Assembly (NCBI GenBank): GCA_016211085.1
Contig: JACQSY010000128.1
Span: forward strand, 1,863-65,862
DNA: 64,000 nucleotides
Source: Acidobacteriota bacterium
Lineage (GTDB): Bacteria; Acidobacteriota; UBA6911; RPQK01; JACQSY01
Reading direction: 5' to 3'
Shown: in pieces, positions 51,401 to 61,499 of the stretch
Layout of the letters: each line of letters opens with the position of its first letter
Numbering within the stretch: position 1 is the first letter of the stretch
Program-made: the position numbers and the translations under genes
The notes under the pieces: generated by a model
Databases searched by the model: none
What the model saw: only the letters and a program-made list of their open reading frames with translations
What the model was told of the DNA's origin: nothing

Positions 51401-52275
51401 GATCCCGGCGTTTTATGATTTTCTGGGTCCTGGCTCTGCTACTGATAGGTGGGGGGTGCGCCCGTCTCGCCAAGTCGAAGAAAAAAATTGAAATTCCTCC
51501 TGCCTATACCTCAGCAAGAACAGCAACTTTAGAAGAGCTGGTGGGAATCATAAACCGCGAATATACCGGATTGGAGGCGCTTTCAGTCTCTCAATTCGAA
51601 GTGGAATTTACCGGCGGCTCCTTGGAACGGGGCTATCTGGAGCAATACCCACGCGGGAAAGGTTATCTGGTGGTTCGCTTTCCTGATTCGATTTTTGTTA
51701 ACATCCTCAATCCGCTCTCGAACTCCACGGTGGCTGCGATGGCGTCGCGGGGGGAAGATTTCCAAATCTGGGTGCCGGGGGAAAACAAGTTTTTCGTGGG
51801 CAAAACCACTGTAAAGCTTCGGGAGAAGAACCCCCTTTACAGTGTGCGGCCGCAGCATATCCTGGATGCTCTAAGGACAGAGCCGGTCCCGGTAGCAGAC
51901 GGCACGCGCCGATTCTTTTTGGAAGAAATTCAGGACGAACAGTTCAAATACTATATTGTGGCGGTAGTGAGACTGGTGGAGGGAGCCGTATCGGCCCAGT
52001 TGGAGCGAAAGCTGTGGGTGGAGCGGAGTGATTTGGAGTTGGTGCGCAAACAATATTTTGAAGATGGGGAGTTGATGATGGATATTCGTTATTTGCAGGC
52101 CGCAAAGAAAGATGGGAGAAACCTGTTCACCAGTCTCGCGATAGAGCGACCCCAGGATGGCTATTCACTTCAGCTCGATTTTAACGAACAAGAGCTTCAA
52201 ACCAATCCCGCAATTAAAGAAGGAGCTTTTGAAATTCGCCAACCTCCAGGCGCAGAAATGGTGCTGGTAAAGTAG
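51397..52275 (+). CDS. Lipoprotein, possibly of LolB/DUF4292-like fold
   Basis: The signal and lipobox read LLLIGGGCA. It lies upstream of the FtsX-type ABC genes. Confidence 0.4.
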   Translation: MRSRRFMIFWVLALLLIGGGCARLAKSKKKIEIPPAYTSARTATLEELVGIINREYTGLEALSVSQFEVEFTGGSLERGYLEQYPRGKGYLVVRFPDSIFVNILNPLSNSTVAAMASRGEDFQIWVPGENKFFVGKTTVKLREKNPLYSVRPQHILDALRTEPVPVADGTRRFFLEEIQDEQFKYYIVAVVRLVEGAVSAQLERKLWVERSDLELVRKQYFEDGELMMDIRYLQAAKKDGRNLFTSLAIERPQDGYSLQLDFNEQELQTNPAIKEGAFEIRQPPGAEMVLVK

Positions 52276-52291
52276 GGTTGGCAGACGCGGA

Positions 52292-53383
52292 ATGATGAAA
52301 CTGATCTTAAGCAATTTTCTTCAACGGCCCACACGCACTTTTGTCAGCATTATGGCCGTGGCGCTGGGGGTGGTGCTGGTGCTGGTCAGCGTGGGACTCT
52401 GCTACGGCCAATTGACCGATACTGCGGAGCGGACACGCCGTATTGGGGGTGACTTCCTGTTTCAACCCTCAGATGCCTCCCTACTTTTTGCTCTGAACAG
52501 CGGAACCCTGCCCGTAAGAATCAAGGAGGTCCTGGAAAAAGTAGAAGGAGTGGAGGCGGCTACACCCATCCTGGCCAAGTTTTTGGCGGATCGCTTTCAT
52601 CTAGTTTTCGGGATCGATCATGAAAGTTTCGAAGAGGTCAACAGCTCGCTTCGTTTTGTGGACGGGGCCCTTTTTACCCAGCCCTTTGAAGCGGTAGTGG
52701 ATACGGTTTATTCCACCTCCAACCAGGTTAGGGTCGGAGACGAGATTGAAATCTTGGGACATCGCTTTAAGGTGCGCGGTGTTTTTGTACAGGGCACGGC
52801 GTCCAGGGTCATGGTTCCGCTGGCCACGCTTCAGGAAATTAACGGCACTCCGGAAAAGGCAACCATGTTCTTTATTAAGGGCCGGCAAGGAGTTCCGGAA
52901 GAACAGGTTTACAAACGGTTGAGGGATCGCTTCAAGCATTATAAAATAACGCGAACGGCAGATTTGCAGGAGATCATGGCTTCCAGTACGCCTGTCTTCC
53001 GCCAATTTGTTGCAGCCGTGGTGTTCTTATCGGTGGTGATCAGCTTTTTGGTGATCCTGTTGGCCATGTACAGCACCATTACCGAACGAACGCGCGAAAT
53101 TGGAATTTTGAAATCACTCGGAGCTTCACGAAGCTACATTGTGCAACTCATATTGAAGGAATCGGTTCTTATTTGCGCGGCTGGAGTGACCGTGGGTTTT
53201 ATTTTGAATTACCTGGCCCTCCAGCTGATTCTGGCAAACTTTCCCACTATGCCGGTAAGCATCACGCTGTTCTGGAAGGTGGCCGCAGCGGTGTTGGGTA
53301 TTGGGGGCGGTGTCATGGGAGCTCTGTATCCTGCCTTGAAAGCGGCCGGTCAAGATCCGGTAAAAGCCCTTGGTTATGAATAA
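52292..53383 (+). CDS. ABC transporter permease, FtsX/MacB/LolCE type
   Basis: An N-terminal TM helix, a large periplasmic domain and a C-terminal FtsX-like 3-TM bundle ([11 protein letters not shown]). Confidence 0.8.
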   Translation: MMKLILSNFLQRPTRTFVSIMAVALGVVLVLVSVGLCYGQLTDTAERTRRIGGDFLFQPSDASLLFALNSGTLPVRIKEVLEKVEGVEAATPILAKFLADRFHLVFGIDHESFEEVNSSLRFVDGALFTQPFEAVVDTVYSTSNQVRVGDEIEILGHRFKVRGVFVQGTASRVMVPLATLQEINGTPEKATMFFIKGRQGVPEEQVYKRLRDRFKHYKITRTADLQEIMASSTPVFRQFVAAVVFLSVVISFLVILLAMYSTITERTREIGILKSLGASRSYIVQLILKESVLICAAGVTVGFILNYLALQLILANFPTMPVSITLFWKVAAAVLGIGGGVMGALYPALKAAGQDPVKALGYE

Positions 53384-54122
53384 CCGCATTGAGCTGGCCC
53401 AGAGAAAAGACGCGGTGGTCGTGGAGAACCTCCAGATGGTGTACCGGGTCGGCAAAGTGGATGTGCCGGCTCTCCGGGGCGTTGAAATTACCGTCAAACA
53501 AGGGGAATTTGTTGCGGTCATGGGCCCCAGCGGCTGCGGCAAATCAACGTTGTTGCATCTTCTCGGGGGACTGCTCAGGCCTACCAGTGGCCGCATTTTT
53601 GTAGATGGCATTGAAATCAGCGCCGTTAATGACACCGAACGGACTCGCATTCGAAGGGAAAAGATTGGTTTTGTTTTTCAACGCTTTAATCTGCTCCCCA
53701 CTTTAAACGCCCGCGACAATATCGAGTTGGCGCGCAGGATTCATGGCAACGGCTACCGTAATGGCAGCGGCCTGGCGGTGGATGAGGTCCTGCGTCTGCT
53801 TCGTCTCGAAGATAAGATGAGGCACAAACCGGCCGAGCTTTCAGGAGGGGAACAACAGCGCCTTTCCATTGCCCGTGCAGTGATCAACAAGCCCGCTTTG
53901 CTGTTGGCTGACGAGCCCACGGGGAGCCTGGACTCTGATAACTCGCTGCTGGTCTTGCAGATGCTCCAAGAGCTCAACATCCGCTACGGTCAGACCATCA
54001 TCATGATCACCCACGATCTTGAAGCAGCCTCTACGGCAAGCCGCATTGTGGAAATGCGCGATGGGCGTATCCTCAATCGTGTCCAGAATCTCGTTTACGC
54101 GAGGGAACAGGGGCTTTTCTAA
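53370..54122 (+). CDS. ABC transporter ATP-binding protein (LolD/MacB-type)
   Basis: Walker [10 protein letters not shown], signature LSGGEQQR, Walker B LLLADEPT. Confidence 0.9.
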   Translation: MVMNNRIELAQRKDAVVVENLQMVYRVGKVDVPALRGVEITVKQGEFVAVMGPSGCGKSTLLHLLGGLLRPTSGRIFVDGIEISAVNDTERTRIRREKIGFVFQRFNLLPTLNARDNIELARRIHGNGYRNGSGLAVDEVLRLLRLEDKMRHKPAELSGGEQQRLSIARAVINKPALLLADEPTGSLDSDNSLLVLQMLQELNIRYGQTIIMITHDLEAASTASRIVEMRDGRILNRVQNLVYAREQGLF

Positions 54123-54124
54123 GA

Positions 54125-54352
54125 ATGTCCGGTATTCTTACACGTGCTTTGAGCCGTGTATTCTTTTGGAATTTCGAGAGAGGTTCCTGGCAATACGACA
54201 TTTTGTGCGGGTTGATTCTCTGCTTTATTTTCCTCACCCCTAAGACCGTTTTTGACGGATCACTGTTTACAAAGTCTGAAAAGCCTTCTGAGCAGCTTGA
54301 AGACGTTCCGCAGCAAGAGAGGACGCAGTTGCAGCCGTTTTTAATTCGGTAG
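54125..54352 (+). CDS. Small membrane protein
   Basis: 75 aa with one hydrophobic helix. Confidence 0.35.
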   Translation: MSGILTRALSRVFFWNFERGSWQYDILCGLILCFIFLTPKTVFDGSLFTKSEKPSEQLEDVPQQERTQLQPFLIR

Positions 54353-54372
54353 CTCTCAGCGGAATCTATCGC

Positions 54373-55071
54373 ATGCGCCACAGTTTATCTCAGTTTTTGT
54401 CACTGCTTACAGTCGCTCTGACTTCCTTTGCCTCTACGGAATCAGCATCCGCGCAATCACTCACGCTGGATCGAATTCTTGGTGAAATGGATCGCGCCGG
54501 CAGCCGCCTTCAGTCGATGAGCGCTGCCATCACGCAGAAAAAGTGGACCGATATCCTGGAAGAATTCGACCAGGGTGAAAAAGGGCGCCTTTCTTTCTTA
54601 AAGACCAAAGACGGTGTCTCTATCCGGAAGCATATGGTGGAGCCTTTTGAAAACGTTCTCGTCATCGATCGTGGGAACGTGCTGTTCTATCAGCCGCGGA
54701 TTAAACAGGCGCAGAGGTACAAGTTGGGAAGCAATCGCGACAAGGCCGAGTTTCTACTGCTGGGCTTTGGTTCCGACAAGAAAGCGCTTCAGGATGCCTA
54801 TAAGATCGTACTTCTCAAGAAAGAGGACGTCAGAGGGCGGGAAACCTACGCTCTGGAACTGACTCCCAAATCCAACCAAGTCTCTGCTTTTTTTTCTCGC
54901 ATCACCATTTGGGTCGACAGTAAATTGTGGCTACCCATCCGTCAACAGTTGACGGAGCCTAACCAGGACTATCTGTTGATTGATTTTGAGGATATTCGGA
55001 TCAACGACCCGATCTCTCCTTCACTATTCCAGTTGAAAATTCCCAAGGACGTGAAAATCGTCGGAAGCTGA
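54373..55071 (+). CDS. LolA-like outer-membrane lipoprotein-sorting family protein
   Basis: A signal peptide, a size of ~230 aa and the genomic context. The sequence-level resemblance is weak. Confidence 0.45.
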   Translation: MRHSLSQFLSLLTVALTSFASTESASAQSLTLDRILGEMDRAGSRLQSMSAAITQKKWTDILEEFDQGEKGRLSFLKTKDGVSIRKHMVEPFENVLVIDRGNVLFYQPRIKQAQRYKLGSNRDKAEFLLLGFGSDKKALQDAYKIVLLKKEDVRGRETYALELTPKSNQVSAFFSRITIWVDSKLWLPIRQQLTEPNQDYLLIDFEDIRINDPISPSLFQLKIPKDVKIVGS

Positions 55072-55081
55072 TATCCAGAGG

Positions 55082-55759
55082 TCAATCAGCTTCGAGAGGC
55101 AATGGCGGAGTTCTATCGCGGTGCTTGGATGGATTCTTGGGACTGGTTAAGGTCCGTTCTTTACGGGGAACCGTATTTTCCTGGGTTCCTCGAATGGCGG
55201 CCTGCGTATACACGATGCGGTGCAGAACCGTCCAGTTCGAGAGAACTGCGATCACCCATAAGACAGGTTCCATGCGATAGAAGGAACCGATGATCAGAAG
55301 AACGATGCGTTCGGGCCGCTCCAGAAATCCGACCTTACAGTGCGGGATGAGGCATTCGGCGCGCGCGCGCGCGTAACTGGTAAGTACCGATCCCATCATG
55401 ACCACACCCACCAGGACCACGTAAGCCAGGCGCCCCTGTTTTCCGTACCAAATAATCAGCCCCAAAAACATAATCAAATCGGAGTACCGATCCATCACCG
55501 AATCGAAGAAGGCCCCGAAAGGCGTTTCCGCCTTCAGAGCACGGGCCACCATCCCATCTACCATGTCGAACATGCCGGCAATAATCAGAATCACGCCGGC
55601 CAATCCAAATCTCCCCTCCGAGAAAGTCCACGCGGTCACAATGCTCATGAGAAAGCCGAAGAAGGTGAGATGATTGGGGTGGATGCGCAAGGTAATCAGG
55701 GCCTTCACGACGCCTTTCAGCAAAAACCTGCCGCCTTGCCCGATCTTGTTGCTTATCAT
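55082..55759 (-). CDS. CDP-alcohol phosphatidyltransferase
   Basis: FDMVDGMVARALKAETPFGAFFDSVMDRYSD fits D-x2-D-G-x2-A-R-x8-G-x3-D-x3-D. Confidence 0.85.
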   Translation of the reverse strand: MISNKIGQGGRFLLKGVVKALITLRIHPNHLTFFGFLMSIVTAWTFSEGRFGLAGVILIIAGMFDMVDGMVARALKAETPFGAFFDSVMDRYSDLIMFLGLIIWYGKQGRLAYVVLVGVVMMGSVLTSYARARAECLIPHCKVGFLERPERIVLLIIGSFYRMEPVLWVIAVLSNWTVLHRIVYTQAAIRGTQENTVPRKERTLTSPKNPSKHRDRTPPLPLEAD

Positions 55760-55765
55760 GAGCCG

Positions 55766-57172
55766 TTAGAAAATTTCGAACTTAATCGTAAGGAACTTCT
55801 TGGGATCCTGTCTAAAATCGTACAAAAGCTTCATGACTTCGGAAGAAAGCTGGTTGAGATTTTGATAAAGCTTTTCGTCTTTGGCAAGCCGACCCAGAGT
55901 ACCTTTTCCCTGGTCGATGTCGGCCATGAAGCGAGCCAACTGATCCAGCGAGCGGGTCATGTCCTGATACAGTTTCTCGTCAGTTGAAAGCTTACCGAGG
56001 GTGCCCTGGCCGGCATGGATCCGCTGTGTAATTCCGCCCAGATTGGCCATTACCTCGTTGCTCTTTTGATAGAGCGAAGGATCGGTGACGAATTTTCCGA
56101 GTGCGCCTTCTCCTTTTTCAATGGCGGCAATCACCGTTGCCAGCCCCCCCATGGCGTCGTTGAGTTTATCATAAAGTTCTCGTTCCTGAATCAGCTTGGG
56201 GACCGTCCCTTCTCCCTGTGCAATGCTTTGAATCAAACTGGATGCCTGATCGATGGAGCTTCGTGCCCCGATAACGGCGTCATTCAGGTTGTTATAAAAG
56301 CTGGGATCGGTAAAAAATTTTCCCACGGATCCCTCGCCTTGCTCAAAACGATCCATGATGTTCTGGAGTTTGCGGGTGAGGACTTCGAAATTGGCAATGA
56401 CGTCGTCCGCCCCGGTGATCAGTTCCTGGAAATCGGCCTGGCGGGTACCCGTTATTACTACGACATCGCGAGACTGTTTGCCAAAGAAAGTATCGAATTC
56501 TTCCTTGATGGTGATGGGGGGCAAATTACTGCGGCCGAGCGACAGATCAATGTAACGGTCGCCCAGCAGACCAATGGAACCGAGGGAAATATTGCTGTCG
56601 CGTTTGATCCAACCCCGGTATTCGTCTTTCACTTCCATATAGACAACGATGTTCTGAAGGTTGGCCTCGGCATTTTCTATGGCCTCTTGGGCTTCATCGA
56701 GCGCGCTGATCATATTGTCCAACTCTAACTGCGCCCGGCGCAGTTCGGCGTCCTCCTGTTTTGCCTGGCGGGACTCCACGCCGTATTGCTGGGCCGCAGC
56801 CACCTGTTGCCGGGTAAGGTGAGTCACGGTCGCTTGCGCCGCAGCCACCCGGCCCTCCAGCTGGCGTGTTTTTTCGCTAAGCAATGAGATCAGCTCGATG
56901 TTGCGCTGGTTCTGCTGGGTTGAGACGGTTTCAACAGGCTTTGAAACCCGGACCTCAGTCACGTTTCCCGCTTCGACCCCGGCCAGCAGCACGATATCGC
57001 CTGGTTTCAACCCGGAAACGTTATTCAAGTAGGTCTTGGCAGCGAAAGTGCTTTCAAAAAGCCCCACCTGTGTCCCGATGGTAAAAATAGCAGCCGCTAA
57101 AACCGTGCAGGCAATGAGGACGAAGATGCCCACCTTCAGCTCGGACAGGCTAAGCTGGCGTTTTCTTTCCAT
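55766..57172 (-). CDS. MCE/MlaD-family protein with inserted coiled coil and C-terminal tandem repeats
   Basis: An N-terminal TM helix and an MCE core (GLKPGDIVLLAGVEAGNVTEV ... SLGSIGLLGDRYIDL). Five GxGxxGK/R-containing repeats of about 34 aa follow. Confidence 0.8.
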   Translation of the reverse strand: MERKRQLSLSELKVGIFVLIACTVLAAAIFTIGTQVGLFESTFAAKTYLNNVSGLKPGDIVLLAGVEAGNVTEVRVSKPVETVSTQQNQRNIELISLLSEKTRQLEGRVAAAQATVTHLTRQQVAAAQQYGVESRQAKQEDAELRRAQLELDNMISALDEAQEAIENAEANLQNIVVYMEVKDEYRGWIKRDSNISLGSIGLLGDRYIDLSLGRSNLPPITIKEEFDTFFGKQSRDVVVITGTRQADFQELITGADDVIANFEVLTRKLQNIMDRFEQGEGSVGKFFTDPSFYNNLNDAVIGARSSIDQASSLIQSIAQGEGTVPKLIQERELYDKLNDAMGGLATVIAAIEKGEGALGKFVTDPSLYQKSNEVMANLGGITQRIHAGQGTLGKLSTDEKLYQDMTRSLDQLARFMADIDQGKGTLGRLAKDEKLYQNLNQLSSEVMKLLYDFRQDPKKFLTIKFEIF

Positions 57173-57205
57173 GACGACTCCTTAGAGATATTTCCTCATT
57201 CAAAA

Positions 57206-58003
57206 TTAGCTCAGGAATTCCTGAATATATTCCTCTTTTACGCTTCTCAACGTTTCATCAGGACCTTCGAACAAGACCTTACCCTCCTTGAGCATCAGAA
57301 AGCGTGTGTTGATCAGGCAGAATCGATCGTTTTCACTGACAAACGTTGCCTCTCCGTGAGGACCCAAGACTGCAAATTCGCTGGCCATTGTATAAGCCGA
57401 CTTCAGATCATGTGTGACGAAAATGGAGCTCACCCGTTCGAGGTCCCTCAATTTAATTATCAATTCACAAATAGCGCGGCTTGTAATCGGATCGAGACCG
57501 GCGGTGGGTTCATCGTAGAGCAGGATACGGGGATGGCCCACGAGTGCGCGGGCAATCGCGACCCGTCTTTTCATGCCTCCTGAAAGCTCTGCGGGCATTT
57601 TTGCGATGGCGTCTTCCAGCCCAACAAAGCCCAGCACTTCGCGAACGATCTCATCGATTTCCTTCTCGTTGCGAACCCCGTTCTCCCGAAGACGGTATGC
57701 CACGTTTTCCTTGACGCTCAGCGAGTCAAAAAGCGCGCCTTCCTGGAAAACAAATCCGATCTTGCGACGGATAGGCTGAAGCTCGTTTTCAGTAAGATCG
57801 GTGATGTCCTCGTCTTCCACGAGGACTTGTCCTGAATCAGGTTTGACGAGACCTGCCACCATCTTGAGCACGGTCGATTTTCCGGACCCTGTGCCTCCAA
57901 GAATTACCTTGGTCTCAGCCGTTTGTACAACCATGCTGAAGTTCTGGAGCACGATTTGCCCATCATAGGACTTGCTCACGTTTTCAAAGCGGATGGCGCT
58001 CAT
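57206..58003 (-). CDS. mlaF: MlaF-like ABC ATPase
   Basis: Walker A GGTGSGKST, signature LSGGMKRR, Walker B ILLYDEPT. It overlaps the permease gene. Confidence 0.85.
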   Translation of the reverse strand: MSAIRFENVSKSYDGQIVLQNFSMVVQTAETKVILGGTGSGKSTVLKMVAGLVKPDSGQVLVEDEDITDLTENELQPIRRKIGFVFQEGALFDSLSVKENVAYRLRENGVRNEKEIDEIVREVLGFVGLEDAIAKMPAELSGGMKRRVAIARALVGHPRILLYDEPTAGLDPITSRAICELIIKLRDLERVSSIFVTHDLKSAYTMASEFAVLGPHGEATFVSENDRFCLINTRFLMLKEGKVLFEGPDETLRSVKEEYIQEFLS

Positions 58004-58758
58004 GGCCTGAGTTCCAAGACGATTTTGGTGAGGAAAAAATCCGCCACAATGACCAGGATGGAGGCGGTCACGACGGCCTGGGTGGTGCTGCGGCCCACGC
58101 CCTGGGTGCCGCCGGTGGTGCGCAATCCGAAATAGCAGCCGACCATCCCGACGATGAAGCCGAAAACAATGGGTTTGATCAAACCCTCAAGAGCGTAGTT
58201 GTAATCCAATGAACGGATAGCCGTGGTCCAGAACAGTTCCGTGTTCAGACGCAAAGCGTAGAAGGAAACGATCCAGCCGCCGACAAGACCGAACAGATCG
58301 GCCATTACCGTGAGCAGAGGCGCCATGGTCGTGGTGGCAATCATCCGGGGTGTTACCAGCTTCTTAGTGGGGTCGGTTCCCAGGGCTCGCATGGCGCTGA
58401 TTTGTTCCGTTACAACCATCGATCCCAGTTCGGAGGCGATCCCGGAACCCACCCGACCTGCCAGCATCAGTGCTGTAAGAACGGGTCCCAACTCTTTGAT
58501 CAGGGAAAGAGACACCAGCTGTCCCGTCAAGTTCACGGCTCCAAAGGCCTTGAGGGAGTTTGCCGACTGAAGGGCCAGAACGGCGCCAGTGAAGAACCCG
58601 GTCAAAACGATAATGACCAACGATCCGACGCCGATAATATCCATCTGCTGCAGAGTGTCCTGCAGGTATCTCGGCTTTCGAAAAAGGTTTGTGACCGCCC
58701 GGAATGAAAGTAGTGTGAATTCCTGGACTTCATAGACCGACTGGTAAATAAAGCTCAT
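58000..58758 (-). CDS. mlaE: MlaE-like ABC permease
   Basis: 252 aa polytopic protein with an MlaE-like pattern (GAV..TG.LV.LSL..ELGPVLTALM.AGR.GS). The stop overlaps the mlaF start. Confidence 0.8.
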   Translation of the reverse strand: MSFIYQSVYEVQEFTLLSFRAVTNLFRKPRYLQDTLQQMDIIGVGSLVIIVLTGFFTGAVLALQSANSLKAFGAVNLTGQLVSLSLIKELGPVLTALMLAGRVGSGIASELGSMVVTEQISAMRALGTDPTKKLVTPRMIATTTMAPLLTVMADLFGLVGGWIVSFYALRLNTELFWTTAIRSLDYNYALEGLIKPIVFGFIVGMVGCYFGLRTTGGTQGVGRSTTQAVVTASILVIVADFFLTKIVLELRP

Positions 58759-58872
58759 GTTTTCGTGCCGCTGCTGCTCTTTCCTCCACCGAAAACACCC
58801 AATTCTGCTAACCTTTAATGTTACACTTTAGCAGAATATGGCTGTCTTACTAAAGGGTTTAGGGTGTTTACC

Positions 58873-60042
58873 ATGCTCCGTTTTTTGACCTCTGGAGAAT
58901 CGCACGGGAAGGGCCTGGTTTCGGTGATTGAGGGCTTTCCGGCCAAGGTTCCAGTGGACGTCGGCTTTATCAATTCCGAACTGAAGCGCCGCATGGGCGG
59001 TTATGGTCGTGGCGGCCGGATGAAGATTGAAAGCGATGAAGTGGAGCTTTTGGCCGGAGTGCGTCACGGGTACACGCTGGGGTCACCCATCTCTTTCTGG
59101 ATACGTAATCGCGATTGGATCAACTGGACCGACATTATGTCCGCTGAAGTTGAGGAGGAGGGGGCCCAACGGCGCAAGGTCACTCGTCCTCGTCCCGGCC
59201 ATGCAGACTTGGTCGGTGGTTTGAAATATCAGTTTACCGATATGCGCAACATCCTGGAGCGCTCCAGCGCCAGGGAAACGGCCTCCCGTGTGGCGGTGGG
59301 CGCTTTTTGTAAGCTGCTACTGCGCCAGTTCGGCATCCAGATTTATAGTCACGTGGTTTCCGTAAAAGATGTTCACATTTCCGAGGAACAGCTTCAACAA
59401 GTTTCACCCGCACTTATTCCAGTCATTGAATCTTCAGAAATGCGCTGCAGCGATCCGTCGCTGGATGAAGCGATGAAAGCCACCGTGGATGGGGCAATTG
59501 AGCGAGGTGACACCATCGGCGGCGCTTTCGAGGTGCGCGCGGCGGGGCTTCCCGCCGGTGTGGGCAGCCACGTTCATTGGGACCGACGTCTGGACGGACG
59601 CATTGCTCAAGCTCTTATGTCCATCAATGCGGTGAAAGCCGTGGAGGTGGGCAGTGGTCTTGACGCGGGCCCTTACGGCAGCGAATTTCACGACGAGATC
59701 TTTTACGATCAGGAGAAGCGCGAGTTTTATCGAATGACCAATCGCGCCGGAGGAATCGAAGGCGGCATATCGAATGGCGAGGAAATCATCGCGCGAGGCT
59801 TCGTTAAGCCAATTGCCACCTTGAAAAAACCGTTGATGTCTGTGGACACGGAAACCAAGCAGCCTTTCGAAGCGCAGTATGAACGCTCGGATACCTGCGT
59901 GGTTCCGGCTGCCGGCGTTATTGGTGAAGCCATGCTCGCTATAGTGCTGGTTGGCGCATTACAGGAGAAATTTGGAGGGGACACTCTGGACGAGATGAAA
60001 TGTAATCTTGAGAATTATCGTCGCCTCACTAGAGGGATGTAA
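58873..60042 (+). CDS. aroC: Chorismate synthase
   Basis: MLRFLTSGESHGKGLVSVIEG..., RPGHAD and GGISNGE motifs. Confidence 0.9.
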   Translation: MLRFLTSGESHGKGLVSVIEGFPAKVPVDVGFINSELKRRMGGYGRGGRMKIESDEVELLAGVRHGYTLGSPISFWIRNRDWINWTDIMSAEVEEEGAQRRKVTRPRPGHADLVGGLKYQFTDMRNILERSSARETASRVAVGAFCKLLLRQFGIQIYSHVVSVKDVHISEEQLQQVSPALIPVIESSEMRCSDPSLDEAMKATVDGAIERGDTIGGAFEVRAAGLPAGVGSHVHWDRRLDGRIAQALMSINAVKAVEVGSGLDAGPYGSEFHDEIFYDQEKREFYRMTNRAGGIEGGISNGEEIIARGFVKPIATLKKPLMSVDTETKQPFEAQYERSDTCVVPAAGVIGEAMLAIVLVGALQEKFGGDTLDEMKCNLENYRRLTRGM

Positions 60043-60051
60043 GAAGAAACA

Positions 60052-60561
60052 ATGATACGACCCATTCTAAAGTATGGGGCGCCGGAGCTTGAGAAAGAGA
60101 GCCTACCTGTAACCGACTTCAACGATCAATTAAGACAGCTGGCCCAGGACATGCTCGAGACCATGTACGCGGCACCCGGCATCGGTCTGGCTGCTCCTCA
60201 GATTGGTATCAACTTACGTTTGATTGTCATTGACCTCAGCAGCGGCGAGGAAAAAGGAAGCCAAATCGTCATGGCGAACCCGCAGATTCTCCACCAGGAG
60301 GGCATTCAGAAAGGAGAAGAAGGATGCTTGAGCATTCCGAGTTTTACCGCAATCGTCGAGCGCCCTTTGAAAGTCCGCGTTGAGGGACAGGATCTGGAAG
60401 GCCGGCGGATGCAAATAGATGCCGAGGGATTGTTGTCACGTGCTTTTTGCCACGAGATTGATCACATCGACGGCATTCTTTACCTGGAGAGGATCTCGCC
60501 TCTGAAACGGGAGATGATCAAGAGGAAAATTAAGAAATTGATGAAGGCGGGCGAGTGGTAA
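60052..60561 (+). CDS. def: Peptide deformylase
   Basis: GIGLAAPQIG, EGCLS and HEIDH motifs. Confidence 0.95.
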   Translation: MIRPILKYGAPELEKESLPVTDFNDQLRQLAQDMLETMYAAPGIGLAAPQIGINLRLIVIDLSSGEEKGSQIVMANPQILHQEGIQKGEEGCLSIPSFTAIVERPLKVRVEGQDLEGRRMQIDAEGLLSRAFCHEIDHIDGILYLERISPLKREMIKRKIKKLMKAGEW

Positions 60562-61499
60562 TGAAAATAGTGTTTCTGGGCACGCCGGATTTTGCCGTAC
60601 CTTCTCTGAAAGGTTTGTTGGAAAGCCACTACCACATTGCCGCCGTGATCACCCAGCCGGACCGGCCCGCCGGCCGCGGGCAGCAACTGGCCACTCCTCC
60701 CGTTAAACGCCTTGCCGCAGCATATAAAGTCCCCGTTTTTCAGCCGGAAAAAATTCGTGGCAATCCTGAGGCGCTCCAGCTTCTGCAACGCGTCCAACCC
60801 GATCTGAACGTGGTGGTCGCTTTTGGTCAAATCCTCCCTCGCGAGTTCTTTGCCTTTCCTCCCCTGGGCACTTTGAACGTGCATGCCTCGTTGTTGCCGT
60901 TTTACCGCGGCGCCGATCCGGTGACGCACACGATCCTGCGCGGTGAAACGGAGACTGGAGTCACCATCATGCGAATAGACGAAGGGATGGATACGGGAGA
61001 CATCCTGGCGCAGCGGCATGTTCCTATAGGGGAGAACATGACCGCGGGCGAGTTGGAGGTAATTCTTTCTGAAGAAGGGGCCCAGCTGTTGGTGGAGACC
61101 ATACCGCATTATGCGTCAGGAGAAATTTCACCGGTGCCTCAGGATTCCCACCGGGCCAGCTATGCCCCCCGTGTTAAAAAAGAAGATGCTCAAATCGACT
61201 GGAGGCGATCTGCCCAGGAAGTCCACAATCATGTTCGCGCCTACAATCCCTGGCCCGGTGCTTTTACAAGCTTTCGATCCATTACGGTGAAAATCTGGCG
61301 GAGTGAAAAATTAAGCGATCATTCCGGATCCTCCGGAACTCCTGGAAAAGTCCTGGACATTTCTCCAAAGGGAATTCTTGTCCAGTGTGGATCCGGCTCA
61401 TTGATGTTGAAAGAATTGCAAATGCCCAGCCGCTCCAGAATCGGGGCGCACGATTTTGCCAACGGTGTGGATCTGAAAACGGGGGAGTTTTTCAGTTGA
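60561..61499 (+). CDS. fmt: Methionyl-tRNA formyltransferase
   Basis: MKIVFLGTPDFAV..., HASLLPFYRGADP. The ATG overlaps the def stop. Confidence 0.9.
   Translation: MKIVFLGTPDFAVPSLKGLLESHYHIAAVITQPDRPAGRGQQLATPPVKRLAAAYKVPVFQPEKIRGNPEALQLLQRVQPDLNVVVAFGQILPREFFAFPPLGTLNVHASLLPFYRGADPVTHTILRGETETGVTIMRIDEGMDTGDILAQRHVPIGENMTAGELEVILSEEGAQLLVETIPHYASGEISPVPQDSHRASYAPRVKKEDAQIDWRRSAQEVHNHVRAYNPWPGAFTSFRSITVKIWRSEKLSDHSGSSGTPGKVLDISPKGILVQCGSGSLMLKELQMPSRSRIGAHDFANGVDLKTGEFFS

Noticed and set aside
55359-55373. A (GC)7 alternating run that could be a slippage or Z-DNA-prone tract.
   Set aside because: It is in-frame within the CDP-alcohol phosphatidyltransferase gene (encoding ARARA) on core DNA. 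Nothing suggests phase variation.
56015-56728. A 237-aa plus-strand ORF.
   Set aside because: It is antisense to the MlaD-family gene, which has a clear MCE core and repeats.
60480-61109. A 209-aa minus-strand ORF.
   Set aside because: It is antisense to fmt and def, both of which are unambiguous.
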